64,000 nt of DNA from a bacterium (GCA_963675755.2 CAXXMD010000001.1:64001-128000), one strand, 5' to 3'. Positions 10,075 through 20,626 are shown, counted from the stretch's first letter. Numbers and translations are program-made. Notes: generated by a model from the letters alone, not told the origin.

Positions 10075-13000
10075 TTATTTATTTAAATTTTCCAGCAATG
10101 TTATGATTTCTTTTCTTGTTGATTGGATCTTTTGCCAGCGAGCATCTTCAACCTTTCTGAGCACAGACATTCCGTCGTTTGTCGGCTGTGTTCCATCAGC
10201 ATCCCAACCGCAAAAGGCTGCAATTTCAAAGGCATCTGTGGTTAATAATTTTTGTGCTGCCTGTTTTGTTTGTGGATCTGCATCTTTAGCATTATTAACG
10301 GCTTGTTTCAACAATTGCAGCATACTGTAATCTTCAACTCCATCTCGAATGGCTTCCCAGCGTTTGCTTGCAACAACACCAACTCCCTGGTATATCAATA
10401 AATAATCGTTACCGCCGACTGGCGTGAACCATGGATTGTATCGTGATGTACAATAGGACCAAAAACCAATTCCGGTTAGATCGTGATGATCGGCTAACCA
10501 GGCTTGTGCCCGGTAATAACCCAGAGGAGACTGGTGCTTGGCATTACCATCACACGCATAAGTCCAGATGGTTTTATTCGTGGTTTTGATGAATGCCAGC
10601 TTGTCTGCACCTATATCCAGTAAATAATCGTTACGGTTGGGGCACCAGATATCTACATACGGAGCCATTTTTTCAAGATCTTCCATGGATGCTTTACCCA
10701 CAGGGTCGGTATAGATTTGTACCCGTTCATCTACTTTACGAATTACTTTGGAATAGGAGATAAATTTTTCAACCAATCCTTCATGCAAACCCGGCTCATC
10801 AATGGGGTAGAGGGCATAATCTTTATAGTCAATACCCAGCGTTTTCATGTGATTGAACCAGGCTTTAAGCCATTCAGCATGGGCTTTTTCCCAAACCGGA
10901 TCAAACGGCTTTGCCGGTCCACTCAATGAGTGCTGGTAATTAAAAAAGAGTATGGTACCATGAGGTGAATGGGCTTTCATATATTCATCATGTTTGCTAA
11001 AATCAATTTCACCTATAATGTTACCGTTATTATCGAATTTGGCTTTTGGTGAAAAATTATTTGTAGCAACAAAAACATTTGTACCATGACTCACCTGATC
11101 GTCAAGTGCTAATTGTGGGATATCCTTAAGAATAGAAGTATGTACATAACCCCAGTGACACAAATTGAGCTCTTGTTTTGCTGGCAATGCAATTTTTGAA
11201 ACATTCACTACAAGATTGGCAACAGCCTCTTTTGATTCAATTTCCATTGAACGTATACGAATAGCGCTTTTCCAAACTCCGGGATTTAATGCAGTGGTAT
11301 TGATATTAATCCACAATTGACGCAAACCCCATTGTGGAATCATTAATGTTTGTCCCTGTCCAAGAAGCGGCAACGCATCACCGGATTTATCAAGCATTTC
11401 TGTTGGCACATCAATAACTTCATGTAAAGTCATTGCTTTTGAAGCTAGTATGGAACTGGAATCTTTTTCCGAAATAAACGCATCAGGCTCAATTCTTATA
11501 AATATGGGTTTATCACTAAAATTTGCAAGGTTAAATGCAGCGGATTCTGTTTCTCCGGCAAAGGCATATATTGAAACATTGGGTACATCCGTACGACCTT
11601 CAATGATTTCGTCGCAATTCCCAAATGGCGCCCAGGGATTTGCGGCATATACAGCCAAAGATGTACCCGCATTGATTGCTGCCTCTGTCATCTTTTGGAG
11701 GGTCATTGCATCATTATGAAGAGAAGCAACCTGTTCTCTCAATTCAATGCGTTGTAGATTGTCTAGTGTTCCGGCCACCTGAGTTTTTTCTTGTAATGCC
11801 GTAAGACGGAATTCTAATAACTGAGACTGGTTGGCAACAAGTTTTGATTCCGGAAGTTGAGGTAATAAGGATTGAATATCTGCCAGGATAGATTTGATAT
11901 CAGCCATATCTTTAGCATAGGGAATAATATAAAATGATTTTTCAATCTCTGATATTGTTTGCTTGCCTTGTTTTAATTTTGCTATAAATTGAAGGTTTAC
12001 GGCGTTCCGGGCATTCAAAGTATATGCGAGCTTGAAATTAAAACTCGAGTCCTGAAAAGCTGCAGTTTGAAACAGTGGAGTGGAATTGTTTTCAATAATT
12101 GAAAGCTCGATTGTCAGCTTTTTCTTTTCCGGATTTTCAACTGTTACAGTAAAGTTATTTTTTGCTACATACATATCGCCATAGCCAATTGAAGCAATAT
12201 GTGCTGTTTGAGGTTTTTTCAGTTGTTGAGTGGTACCCGTGCGTGCCGAGTTACCACGATACTCGGAGAATTGAATTATAGGTTTTGAAGCGGTTTTTGA
12301 TATTGCCCATGAATAAGCACTTACATCGCTTGCGGAAGGGCATATAACCGCAAGATTGCCGTTGTTTCTAAAGTCTACGATTGTGGGGCTTGAATTACAT
12401 TTACCGGATAACTGGATTTCTTCTACAAGATCTCCTTCGGCGCTAAAGACGTACAGATGCGAGTCATTTCCGGCAATTAATATTTCCAGTTTCGAATCGC
12501 CATCAATATCTGCAATTGTCGGTGAACGTCTCGCTTTTTGATATACATTAGCTGTCCATTGCAGTTTGCCTTTGTTGTCAAGAGTAACAACATTACCCAT
12601 GAGATCCACCGCGATAATTTCTTTTATACCATCTAGATCGATATCACCAATTGAAACACCATCATGAATGGGATGCTCCATGGCATATTGCCATATAATT
12701 TCGCCCTTGTTATCCAGAACAGTTAAATTCTCTGCACAGGCTGTAACGATTTCCGGTTTATTATCATTGTCAAGATCGTATACTTGAGGACTGGTACCAG
12801 AAGATTTTCCTTTTAAATGCCACAGTTCTTTTCCATTGCTGGAAAAACAAATCAGGGGAAATGTTGTGCTACCAGCAAGGATTTCATTTTCTCCATCGCC
12901 ATCTAGATCAGCAATGGCGGGGCAGGTATTGAAATTTCCCTCAATTTTTGTTTGCCAAAGTTGCTTGCCGGAATAATCGAGACAGGTTAAATGGCCCTTG

Positions 13001-13488
13001 CTGTCTACCGCAATGATCTCCATTTTTTTGTCATTTACAAGATTTCCCACTGCAAGACTTGTTGTGCCCCAATTGATTATTGCGGGTAGATCAAAATCCC
13101 ATTTATGTTTACCATTTTTCCCATCAAGACATACCACTTTTCCAGGATTTGTAATTGCCAGGATCTCGAGCTTGTTATCTCCATTCAGGTCAGCAAGGGT
13201 GGAGGGATTACTGATTTGAACATTTGTTTCATAGGTCCATATTTTCTGGCCATTGGAATTAACTGCCATTATCTGGCCGGCAGTTGTACAGAGAACCAGA
13301 TCATTAATACCATCACGATCAAGATCGCCAACACCAGGCGAGGCATCTACATAGCCGTTTGGAGTTTTTAACTGCCATAACCTGGTACCCGCAAAACTAG
13401 TTGAACAGCTAAATACAATACCCAGCAGGATTAACATAGAGTTTTGTAAAAAATTACCAAAACCTGCACGCTTGAATGTCGTTGTCAT
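10075..13488 (-). CDS. Secreted FG-GAP/PQQ-like beta-propeller plus DUF4091/GH123-like hydrolase
   Basis: Multiple DLDGDGxxEI repeats; YPIDEPG, IWTYAC, SKRWEAIRDGVEDY. Confidence 0.8.
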   Translation of the reverse strand: MTTTFKRAGFGNFLQNSMLILLGIVFSCSTSFAGTRLWQLKTPNGYVDASPGVGDLDRDGINDLVLCTTAGQIMAVNSNGQKIWTYETNVQISNPSTLADLNGDNKLEILAITNPGKVVCLDGKNGKHKWDFDLPAIINWGTTSLAVGNLVNDKKMEIIAVDSKGHLTCLDYSGKQLWQTKIEGNFNTCPAIADLDGDGENEILAGSTTFPLICFSSNGKELWHLKGKSSGTSPQVYDLDNDNKPEIVTACAENLTVLDNKGEIIWQYAMEHPIHDGVSIGDIDLDGIKEIIAVDLMGNVVTLDNKGKLQWTANVYQKARRSPTIADIDGDSKLEILIAGNDSHLYVFSAEGDLVEEIQLSGKCNSSPTIVDFRNNGNLAVICPSASDVSAYSWAISKTASKPIIQFSEYRGNSARTGTTQQLKKPQTAHIASIGYGDMYVAKNNFTVTVENPEKKKLTIELSIIENNSTPLFQTAAFQDSSFNFKLAYTLNARNAVNLQFIAKLKQGKQTISEIEKSFYIIPYAKDMADIKSILADIQSLLPQLPESKLVANQSQLLEFRLTALQEKTQVAGTLDNLQRIELREQVASLHNDAMTLQKMTEAAINAGTSLAVYAANPWAPFGNCDEIIEGRTDVPNVSIYAFAGETESAAFNLANFSDKPIFIRIEPDAFISEKDSSSILASKAMTLHEVIDVPTEMLDKSGDALPLLGQGQTLMIPQWGLRQLWININTTALNPGVWKSAIRIRSMEIESKEAVANLVVNVSKIALPAKQELNLCHWGYVHTSILKDIPQLALDDQVSHGTNVFVATNNFSPKAKFDNNGNIIGEIDFSKHDEYMKAHSPHGTILFFNYQHSLSGPAKPFDPVWEKAHAEWLKAWFNHMKTLGIDYKDYALYPIDEPGLHEGLVEKFISYSKVIRKVDERVQIYTDPVGKASMEDLEKMAPYVDIWCPNRNDYLLDIGADKLAFIKTTNKTIWTYACDGNAKHQSPLGYYRAQAWLADHHDLTGIGFWSYCTSRYNPWFTPVGGNDYLLIYQGVGVVASKRWEAIRDGVEDYSMLQLLKQAVNNAKDADPQTKQAAQKLLTTDAFEIAAFCGWDADGTQPTNDGMSVLRKVEDARWQKIQSTRKEIITLLENLNK

Positions 13489-13575
13489 CGAGTTCTCCCT
13501 TTTTAAAGTGAGGTTGGTGTAACATTATTATGTTTATTTATACTAGAATTTATTTTTTGACTGGTTTAATAAAGA

Positions 13576-13593
13576 TGTCCTATAAATAGGAAA
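13576..13593. promoter_or_regulatory. Second copy of nan GntR-type operator TGTCCTA-TAAA-TAGGAAA
   Basis: 13/14 arm bases match the palindrome at 4751-4768, same 4-bp spacer, about 90 bp upstream of the 13488 start. Confidence 0.6.
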
Positions 13594-13642
13594 GAAATAT
13601 ATTTGAAAAATTATATATCCGGGAAAGGATGAGTTACTTTTT

Positions 13643-13673
13643 AAAAAAAAGGGACCCGAAGGTCCCGTTTTTT
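13643..13673 (-). terminator. Intrinsic terminator
   Basis: GGGACC CGAA GGTCCC with A/T tracts on both sides. Confidence 0.8.
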
Positions 13674-14574
13674 ATTCTTTAACAGGTTGATCACCAAATG
13701 TTTCATATGACCATGTAAAATCTTCATCTTTAATATTAACCATTACATAACCGGGAGGGAAGCCATCTCTGGCACCTTTCCACCATGCACCGCAAACAGC
13801 ACCACCCGTAATGTAATGAACATCATTGTATACGATTTCTTCTACAACATGTAAATGTCCTTGAAGGACAAGTTTTAAATTATAACCGTCAAAACATTTT
13901 ATAACATCAACAGAGTTGGTAACAACTGCGCCATTACTTAGGGCACTTGTGGCACCGTTTTTCATTTGTTGATAAACCGATGTCAGGGGAATATGCAAGG
14001 AAACAACAATGGGTTTTTGTTTGCCAGTTTGCATGAGGTCTTGGCGCAGCCAATCGATTTGAAGAGAATCAATGTAACCATAATATTCACGGTCATTGGT
14101 AAAGCCAACAGCATCCAAAATAATAAAATGCCATCCTTTATGATCAAATGAGAAATAGGTTTTTCCATCTCCCAGTTTGTTTTTAAACATTTCTTTACCA
14201 AACATTGGGTTTTCAGGTTGGATACCGCTTTTTTTATATAAACCAAAATTTTCATGATTACCCAGTGTATTGTAAACTGGCATCTGGAATATCGCAGATT
14301 TGTCCAAATATAATTGGTATAATTGTTCCGCGCGTTCCTGTGATTGTCCCAATGCGTCCATTATGAGATCACCACCAGTAATCACAAAGTCGGGATTTAA
14401 AGTGTTAACACTGTTTATACATTTTTCAAATCTGGCACCTGCTTGTAATTCGGGTTGAATATGGATGTCTGTTAGAAACGCAAAACTAAACTCTGTACTC
14501 TTATTATTTGTGCATGAAGATAATGTTAATAGAACAATGAAAAGTGTTATTACCGACTTTAGATTTTTGATCAT
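13672..14574 (-). CDS. Calcineurin-like metallophosphoesterase lipoprotein (Icc/CpdA-like)
   Basis: TDIH, GGDL, GNHE, GHLH motifs; LSSC lipobox. Confidence 0.88.
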   Translation of the reverse strand: MIKNLKSVITLFIVLLTLSSCTNNKSTEFSFAFLTDIHIQPELQAGARFEKCINSVNTLNPDFVITGGDLIMDALGQSQERAEQLYQLYLDKSAIFQMPVYNTLGNHENFGLYKKSGIQPENPMFGKEMFKNKLGDGKTYFSFDHKGWHFIILDAVGFTNDREYYGYIDSLQIDWLRQDLMQTGKQKPIVVSLHIPLTSVYQQMKNGATSALSNGAVVTNSVDVIKCFDGYNLKLVLQGHLHVVEEIVYNDVHYITGGAVCGAWWKGARDGFPPGYVMVNIKDEDFTWSYETFGDQPVKE

Positions 14575-14639
14575 TAGAGATTCCTTTCCTTATTTAAAAA
14601 GAGTATACGAAAAATAGACATAATTAGCGAATTATTTTT

Positions 14640-15719
14640 TTAACCGGGTATCAATATCTTGACATGCGTACCATTTTTATTTTCTAATTGTATTGAACCT
14701 CCTAATTGATTGTTCACTAAAAGTGAAACAAGTCGCATTCCCAAAGATTTGCTGTTTTCAATTTTATAATCGGCAGGAATTCCTACACCATTATCCTGAA
14801 TAGTTATATTTAACTGATTTTCTGTATTTGATATTTTAATAAAAATTTCTCCTTTTCCATCATACCCTTCAGGAAAGGCATGTTTGAATGCATTTGTAAT
14901 TATTTCGTTAATAACTAATCCTACCGGAATAGCCCTGTTAATATCAAGATTAATTTTATTTATATCTGTACGTATTGATATCTTGTTCATATCAATAGTA
15001 TATGATTTGATTAAATTGTTAACCAGGTTGGAAATGTAGATATTAAAATCGATACTGCTTAGATCATCGGATTGATATAATTTTTCATGTACCAAAGACA
15101 TGGAGTTGATGCGATTATATGTTTCTTGCAGCATTTCTTTCACTTTGGGATCATTGATCTGATTGGTTTGCAGGCTGATTAGGCTTGAAATAATCATGAA
15201 ATTGTTTTTTACACGATGATGAATTTCTTTTAATAATAATTCTTTTTCTGCCAAGAGTTTTGTTAATTCTTTTTCGGTTGCTTCTTTAATTATTAAACTT
15301 TTTTCCAGTACTTGATTCAGATGTTCAAGTTTAACAAAATCTTTGTGACGTTCAATTGCAATTATTATTGAACGTTCAATTTCTTCGGCCTTGGGGGGTT
15401 TGGTTAAAAAAGCGCCTACACCATACTCACCTGCTTTGTGAATAAATTCAGTAGAATCATGGGCGGTCAAGATAACAATAGGTGTTGATTTAATTTTCTG
15501 TATTTCTTTTGCAGCCGTTAATCCATCCATTTGTGGCATTTGAATATCCATTAAAACAACATCAGGACCAAGTGTTTTAACCATTTCAATAGCCTGTAAT
15601 CCATTTGTTGCAATACCCACATATTGAGAACCTATTTTTTTTATTGATCTTTTTATCTCTTCACAGACCAGGTAATCATCTTCAGCAATTAATATTCTAT
15701 AATTGTCATTACTTTGCAT
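14640..15719 (-). CDS. Hybrid REC-HisKA_2-HATPase histidine kinase
   Basis: REC (AEDD, MDIQMP, TKP), EIHHRVKNN, DNGVG. Confidence 0.92.
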   Translation of the reverse strand: MQSNDNYRILIAEDDYLVCEEIKRSIKKIGSQYVGIATNGLQAIEMVKTLGPDVVLMDIQMPQMDGLTAAKEIQKIKSTPIVILTAHDSTEFIHKAGEYGVGAFLTKPPKAEEIERSIIIAIERHKDFVKLEHLNQVLEKSLIIKEATEKELTKLLAEKELLLKEIHHRVKNNFMIISSLISLQTNQINDPKVKEMLQETYNRINSMSLVHEKLYQSDDLSSIDFNIYISNLVNNLIKSYTIDMNKISIRTDINKINLDINRAIPVGLVINEIITNAFKHAFPEGYDGKGEIFIKISNTENQLNITIQDNGVGIPADYKIENSKSLGMRLVSLLVNNQLGGSIQLENKNGTHVKILIPG

Positions 15720-15732
15720 TCATTAACTCCTG

Positions 15733-18700
15733 TTATTCATCAATATCTGGGTTGGGTATTGTTAAATTTACAACAGCACCTTTTTCATTACTTAATTTTA
15801 TTTTTCCATTCAAACTATGTTCTACTATACCTTTAACAAGTTCAAAACCAATATTCATATAATTTTTATCAAGCTTTAGAATCTGTTTGGGGAAGCCGGG
15901 GCCATTATCTTTAAATTTTAAATTAATTTGATTTTTCCTTTTATGGATTTGTATTTTTAATTTTAAAGATGTTTGTTTTTCATTGGTATGTTTAATTGAA
16001 TTTGTAGCCAATTCGTTCAAAACAATAGATAAATTTTGTGCAATCCTACTATTTACAAGTACTGAAGAATTATTAACATGCAGTAAAATATTTTTAAGAG
16101 TAGGTACACCCTGTATGATATTGGTGATTATTTTTTCACATAATTCGTTCAACAAAATAGGCTGCCATTTATTTTGTGACAACATGGTGTGAACTGTTAA
16201 TAACCCGTCAACACGAATTTTGAGATTGTTTATCAATGGAATGTAATGTTCAAAACCTTTTTGTTCAGCTCTATCCATTTCTTTATGAAGCATGCTAATG
16301 ATTGCTGAAAGATTGTTTTTAACCCTGTGGTTAACTTCTTGTAATAGTATCTTTTGGGTTTCGGCATAATTTCTCAATTTTTCCGCATCACGTACACGAT
16401 GTGTAATATCATCAAATGTTGTAGCTACACTATCAGGTCTTAAATTACCTTCATTGAAAATTGGTTTTGCATTAACCAATATCCATTTATATTCATCTTC
16501 GTTATAGTTATATACTCCCATGGTAACGTTTGTTACACTTTTGCCGGTTCTCAAGGCTATCATTGCCGGATGATTATCACCAGAAAGAGGAGAGCCATCT
16601 TCTTTTATTGCACGCCATTCTTTATAATTGGAGGTTTTTCCCATCATTTCTTCTTCGGTATAGCCTAAAATTAATTCAGCAGCCGGATTTACTGATATAA
16701 TCTCTCCGTTCTTATTTTGATACACTACGCCCTGTGCCATGGTTTCGAAAAGTGTTCTGAATTTTTTTTCACTCGCCAGGATGGCGTTTTCTGTTTTTTT
16801 ACGTTCGGTTATATCTCTAAAAATAGCCATTACATAATTGCCATTGTGAATTTGTAGTTTGTTTAAACTGACTTCTATTAGAAACTCTGAGCCATCTTTA
16901 CTTTTATGGTTCCATTCGGTTAAAATATTTTCACCGTCCATTACACTTTTAATTAGCAATTCACCTTTTGTTTTAGATAGTTGGCCATCAGGTTGATATT
17001 TGGGAGATAAATCTATATGTGGTGTTTTACCAATTATTGATTGTTTGTCATACTGAAAGCGTTCTAATGTTTTTGTATTACAATCTAATATTTTCAAGTC
17101 GTTTAAAATAAATATCGCATCGTTTGCATTTTCAAATAATGTTTTGTATTTATTTTCGCTTTCAAATAATGCATCCTGATTATGTTTTTGTTCTGTTATG
17201 TCCATGACCGAGACAAAAACTCTTGACCATGTATCACTATAGCCGGCAGGGATAATAGCATGAATAATGATCCATTTTTCCTGTCCATCAACGAGTTGTT
17301 TATACATATTACTTTTATATAAAGATTTATCACCACAAAATGTTAGCAACTCCTGTTTGAATATTTTTTCGGCATTTTTGTCAATTACAATTTGATTTGC
17401 TTCCAGAACGTCTTCTTTAGAATGAATGTTTAGAAAATTCAATGTTGCTTTGTTAATATTGATGACTTTGATAGAACGGATGCATTGTTGAAAGATCTTT
17501 GGGTGGTCATTAAAGTATTTTTCAAAATGTTTTACACGCTTTTTTTTCAAACCGTCAATTATTTTTTTAACTTTTGAGAAATCTTCTTCCCAAAGAGGAG
17601 TAGGCGAATTTTCAAACAGAATCCGGTATCGTTCTTCACTGAGTTCCAGTTCTTTGATTGAAGTTTTTAACGGTGAAATGTCTTCATATGTACCAAGAAC
17701 ACCAATTACATTTCCTGTAGAATCTTTTAATGGGATTTTACTGGTTTTATACCAGTGTAATGTGTTATCTTCGGCGTATCGTGTTTCTTCAAAGTTCAAA
17801 CGGGATTTGTTACTATCTATTACAGATTTATCATCCAGTATGAATTTTTCAGCAAACTCTTTCCATGCAAGGTCCCAATCAGTTTTGCCAATAATTTCAG
17901 TTTCTTCTTCCAATCCGGCATCTTGAGCAAAGACTGAATTGCAACCCATGTAGATTGAATCTAAATCTTTCCAAAAAACACGAACATGCAAAGAATCAAG
18001 TATTGTTCTGAGCATTGTTTTAGAATCTTTGAGCGCTTTGGTTGTTTTTTTATTTTCTGTAAAATCATTGATATAAACTACAACTTGAATAACTTTATTA
18101 TTCTTGTCTATTATTGGATAAATGGTGTTAAGATAAAAACGACCCAAGCTTTCATCATGGAATTCGACTGTTTTTTTTGATCTAATGGCTGATTGAATCA
18201 TTGATTTGCGTGTCTTGGCAACATCAAGTGGTAGTAATGAATATAAATTCATTCCTTCTATCTCGGTTGCCGGAAACTGTAATATTTTGGCAGTTGCTTT
18301 ATTTGTAACCAGAATACTACCCTGAGTATCAATTAAAATAAATACCTGCGAAATTGCATTGATTAATGTTCTGAGGTTTTCTTCATTAATATTTGAGGTG
18401 TTTAAAGATCTTGAGGCTAAAGATGATTGCGAATCTTTACTTTCCCATTCTTTTACAAGCATGAGATCAATAAAATCGAAACAGGCATGTACGAATTGAG
18501 TGCAATCGGGTTTATTCATTTTCTTATGACTACATAGTTCAAGATAGATATTTTGAAAGGATTTCATAATTTCCATCAAAGTGGAAAGGGGGACTTTATC
18601 AATATTTGTGGAAATAAAGTAACGAGTAAACTGAACCAGTGAAGAATTTTCTGATAAATTTTGTAAGGTGGGTAAGGTATTATTTGTTTGATTGACTGTT

Positions 18701-18855
18701 TTGGAAATAAATCCGTTAAAGAAGGAAATTATGTATTTAATATCCAGATCGAGACTTTTATAATGGATTTTGTCATGATTTTGGATAAAAAACTGTTCCG
18801 CTTTATGTATCAACCATTCTTCATGAGCTTGTATGGCCTTTACCAATTCTTTCAT
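15733..18855 (-). CDS. Cytoplasmic multi-PAS HisKA_2 histidine kinase
   Basis: About five PAS/PAC units (DIT/DIS ends), EVNHRVKNN, DNGPG; start likely MKELVK (GAGG RBS). Confidence 0.9.
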   Translation of the reverse strand: MKELVKAIQAHEEWLIHKAEQFFIQNHDKIHYKSLDLDIKYIISFFNGFISKTVNQTNNTLPTLQNLSENSSLVQFTRYFISTNIDKVPLSTLMEIMKSFQNIYLELCSHKKMNKPDCTQFVHACFDFIDLMLVKEWESKDSQSSLASRSLNTSNINEENLRTLINAISQVFILIDTQGSILVTNKATAKILQFPATEIEGMNLYSLLPLDVAKTRKSMIQSAIRSKKTVEFHDESLGRFYLNTIYPIIDKNNKVIQVVVYINDFTENKKTTKALKDSKTMLRTILDSLHVRVFWKDLDSIYMGCNSVFAQDAGLEEETEIIGKTDWDLAWKEFAEKFILDDKSVIDSNKSRLNFEETRYAEDNTLHWYKTSKIPLKDSTGNVIGVLGTYEDISPLKTSIKELELSEERYRILFENSPTPLWEEDFSKVKKIIDGLKKKRVKHFEKYFNDHPKIFQQCIRSIKVININKATLNFLNIHSKEDVLEANQIVIDKNAEKIFKQELLTFCGDKSLYKSNMYKQLVDGQEKWIIIHAIIPAGYSDTWSRVFVSVMDITEQKHNQDALFESENKYKTLFENANDAIFILNDLKILDCNTKTLERFQYDKQSIIGKTPHIDLSPKYQPDGQLSKTKGELLIKSVMDGENILTEWNHKSKDGSEFLIEVSLNKLQIHNGNYVMAIFRDITERKKTENAILASEKKFRTLFETMAQGVVYQNKNGEIISVNPAAELILGYTEEEMMGKTSNYKEWRAIKEDGSPLSGDNHPAMIALRTGKSVTNVTMGVYNYNEDEYKWILVNAKPIFNEGNLRPDSVATTFDDITHRVRDAEKLRNYAETQKILLQEVNHRVKNNLSAIISMLHKEMDRAEQKGFEHYIPLINNLKIRVDGLLTVHTMLSQNKWQPILLNELCEKIITNIIQGVPTLKNILLHVNNSSVLVNSRIAQNLSIVLNELATNSIKHTNEKQTSLKLKIQIHKRKNQINLKFKDNGPGFPKQILKLDKNYMNIGFELVKGIVEHSLNGKIKLSNEKGAVVNLTIPNPDIDE

Positions 18856-19038
18856 GAAAACCTCACTTCTATTGATACACAATTATAATTTTTTATTAAT
18901 TATTATATACCACGCTAGTTTCAGTGACAAGTGTTTTTTTTATAATTATATTGTGTGTTTTTTAATATATTTTTTATTTTATGTATTGAAATTGGTGCAA
19001 TATATATAATTAATATCATGGAGAAATCGGTCAGTTTT

Positions 19039-19371
19039 ATGTCAAAGCGAATCGAACGAGAAAAGAAAACTATCCAAGTTATGATCAAAATGTATTGTAT
19101 TGATCATCATAATTCAAATGCTGATGAATTATGTACAGAGTGTGATGCATTGTGGAGTTACGCTCAAAAAAGATTGTTACGTTGTCCATTTGGTGAGGAT
19201 AAACCCACTTGCGCAAAATGTCCTGTACATTGCTACAAGCCTGAAATGCGGAATATGGTCCGTAATATTATGCGTTATGCAGGCCCTAGAATGATCATCA
19301 AACACCCTGTTTTAGCTTTCTGGCACATTGTTGATGGATTTAAAAGAACAGAAAAAAAGTTGAGTGAATAA
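19039..19371 (+). CDS. YgbA family (nitrous oxide-stimulated promoter) protein
   Basis: REKKTI..MI..YC..HH, CPFGEDKPTCAKCPVHCY, MRYAGPRM. Confidence 0.9.
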   Translation: MSKRIEREKKTIQVMIKMYCIDHHNSNADELCTECDALWSYAQKRLLRCPFGEDKPTCAKCPVHCYKPEMRNMVRNIMRYAGPRMIIKHPVLAFWHIVDGFKRTEKKLSE

Positions 19372-19408
19372 AGAATACAACACTAAAATATACCTATACT
19401 AATTTTTA

Positions 19409-20626
19409 TTAATTTGGTGATCTTTCGATCAATATATCATCTTCAGTGTTGGTGATTTTGTCTGGTCCTGCACTCCAGAGATAGTAATTGTTATCACCGG
19501 TAAGCTGATATCCATATGGATTGCCATCATACGGATCTATAGGTTCCGGGATTCCCGGACGGTATTGCTGCCAATAAGGAGAAAGCGAATTGTTTTGAGG
19601 TGCGGGAAGTTGTCCGGTTGATCTGTAAATATGGTTTACCAATTGTACCAAATTTTCAAGATCCTGATTTATTTTTTGATTTTGCTGTATACGGGGATTA
19701 AAAGATGTATCTGAATATTCAGTATTCGTTTGTAAATGTTGCAAGCCGCTATGAAATTTGGGTGCAATAACTGCCACACCTATAATACCAATAATCATAG
19801 GTAAAATAATAACCGCACTCAAAATTGCCAGTGCTTTTATTGTTCCACTATTGTCACCGGGTAAATTGGAAGCATACCGGGGATCTATAGCCGCTACCCG
19901 TTCTATCAATGGGGGATAGGTGCTTAACCATTGCCCAATAGTTAAAAAACCTGTATTGATATCAAGTTTCTGGTTAACATATGCATGGAGGTTTACATGT
20001 GGGCCAACTTTGCCACCAGCAGATAAAATTGTTAATCCTGTTAATGCGCCCTTGGGATCATTAGCAAGTGCTACGCCGTATCTGTCACAGGTAAATTCAC
20101 GCGCCCTGGAATAGGCTGAACCCAAAAAGGGAATAATCATTGCGGGTGCAATAAACCACCACCATTTTAAATGTCCCGCTTTGTGATGACCTATTTCATG
20201 TCCAATGACCATATCTCTGGCACCTTTATTAGTGCCACATGCTTCTAAAAGATCTGAATAGAGAATGATTATTTTAGAACGAAAAAATCTTGTTGCCAAT
20301 GCATTCAAACTTCCGCCAGCCTGCATGATATAAGCATCTGGAATATCGGTTAATCCTGCTTTTTCACTCAATTGATTAACACGATTGTATAAATCCGGAA
20401 ATTGATCAGGGCCTAGTTTTACCGCACTTCCTTTTATATGAGTTATAAACAGTAAATGTGAAACAAAGAAAAACATGGCAATAAATAATGCGTAAATAAA
20501 TCCTAAAACAGTTATTAATAGTGTTAACCAAATTAAACTGGATATTATTACCATCACGATGAATAATGGCATTTCTGCCGGATGGTGATTTACATTAATT
20601 GGATCAATCATAGTATTGGATTGCAC
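19409..20626 (-). CDS. M48 Zn-metallopeptidase with C-terminal GspG/pilin-like domain
   Basis: HEIGH, REFTCDR, STYPP; tail DPYDGNPYGY...WSAGPD...DDI; GTG start with GGAG RBS. Confidence 0.8.
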   Translation of the reverse strand: MQSNTMIDPINVNHHPAEMPLFIVMVIISSLIWLTLLITVLGFIYALFIAMFFFVSHLLFITHIKGSAVKLGPDQFPDLYNRVNQLSEKAGLTDIPDAYIMQAGGSLNALATRFFRSKIIILYSDLLEACGTNKGARDMVIGHEIGHHKAGHLKWWWFIAPAMIIPFLGSAYSRAREFTCDRYGVALANDPKGALTGLTILSAGGKVGPHVNLHAYVNQKLDINTGFLTIGQWLSTYPPLIERVAAIDPRYASNLPGDNSGTIKALAILSAVIILPMIIGIIGVAVIAPKFHSGLQHLQTNTEYSDTSFNPRIQQNQKINQDLENLVQLVNHIYRSTGQLPAPQNNSLSPYWQQYRPGIPEPIDPYDGNPYGYQLTGDNNYYLWSAGPDKITNTEDDILIERSPN

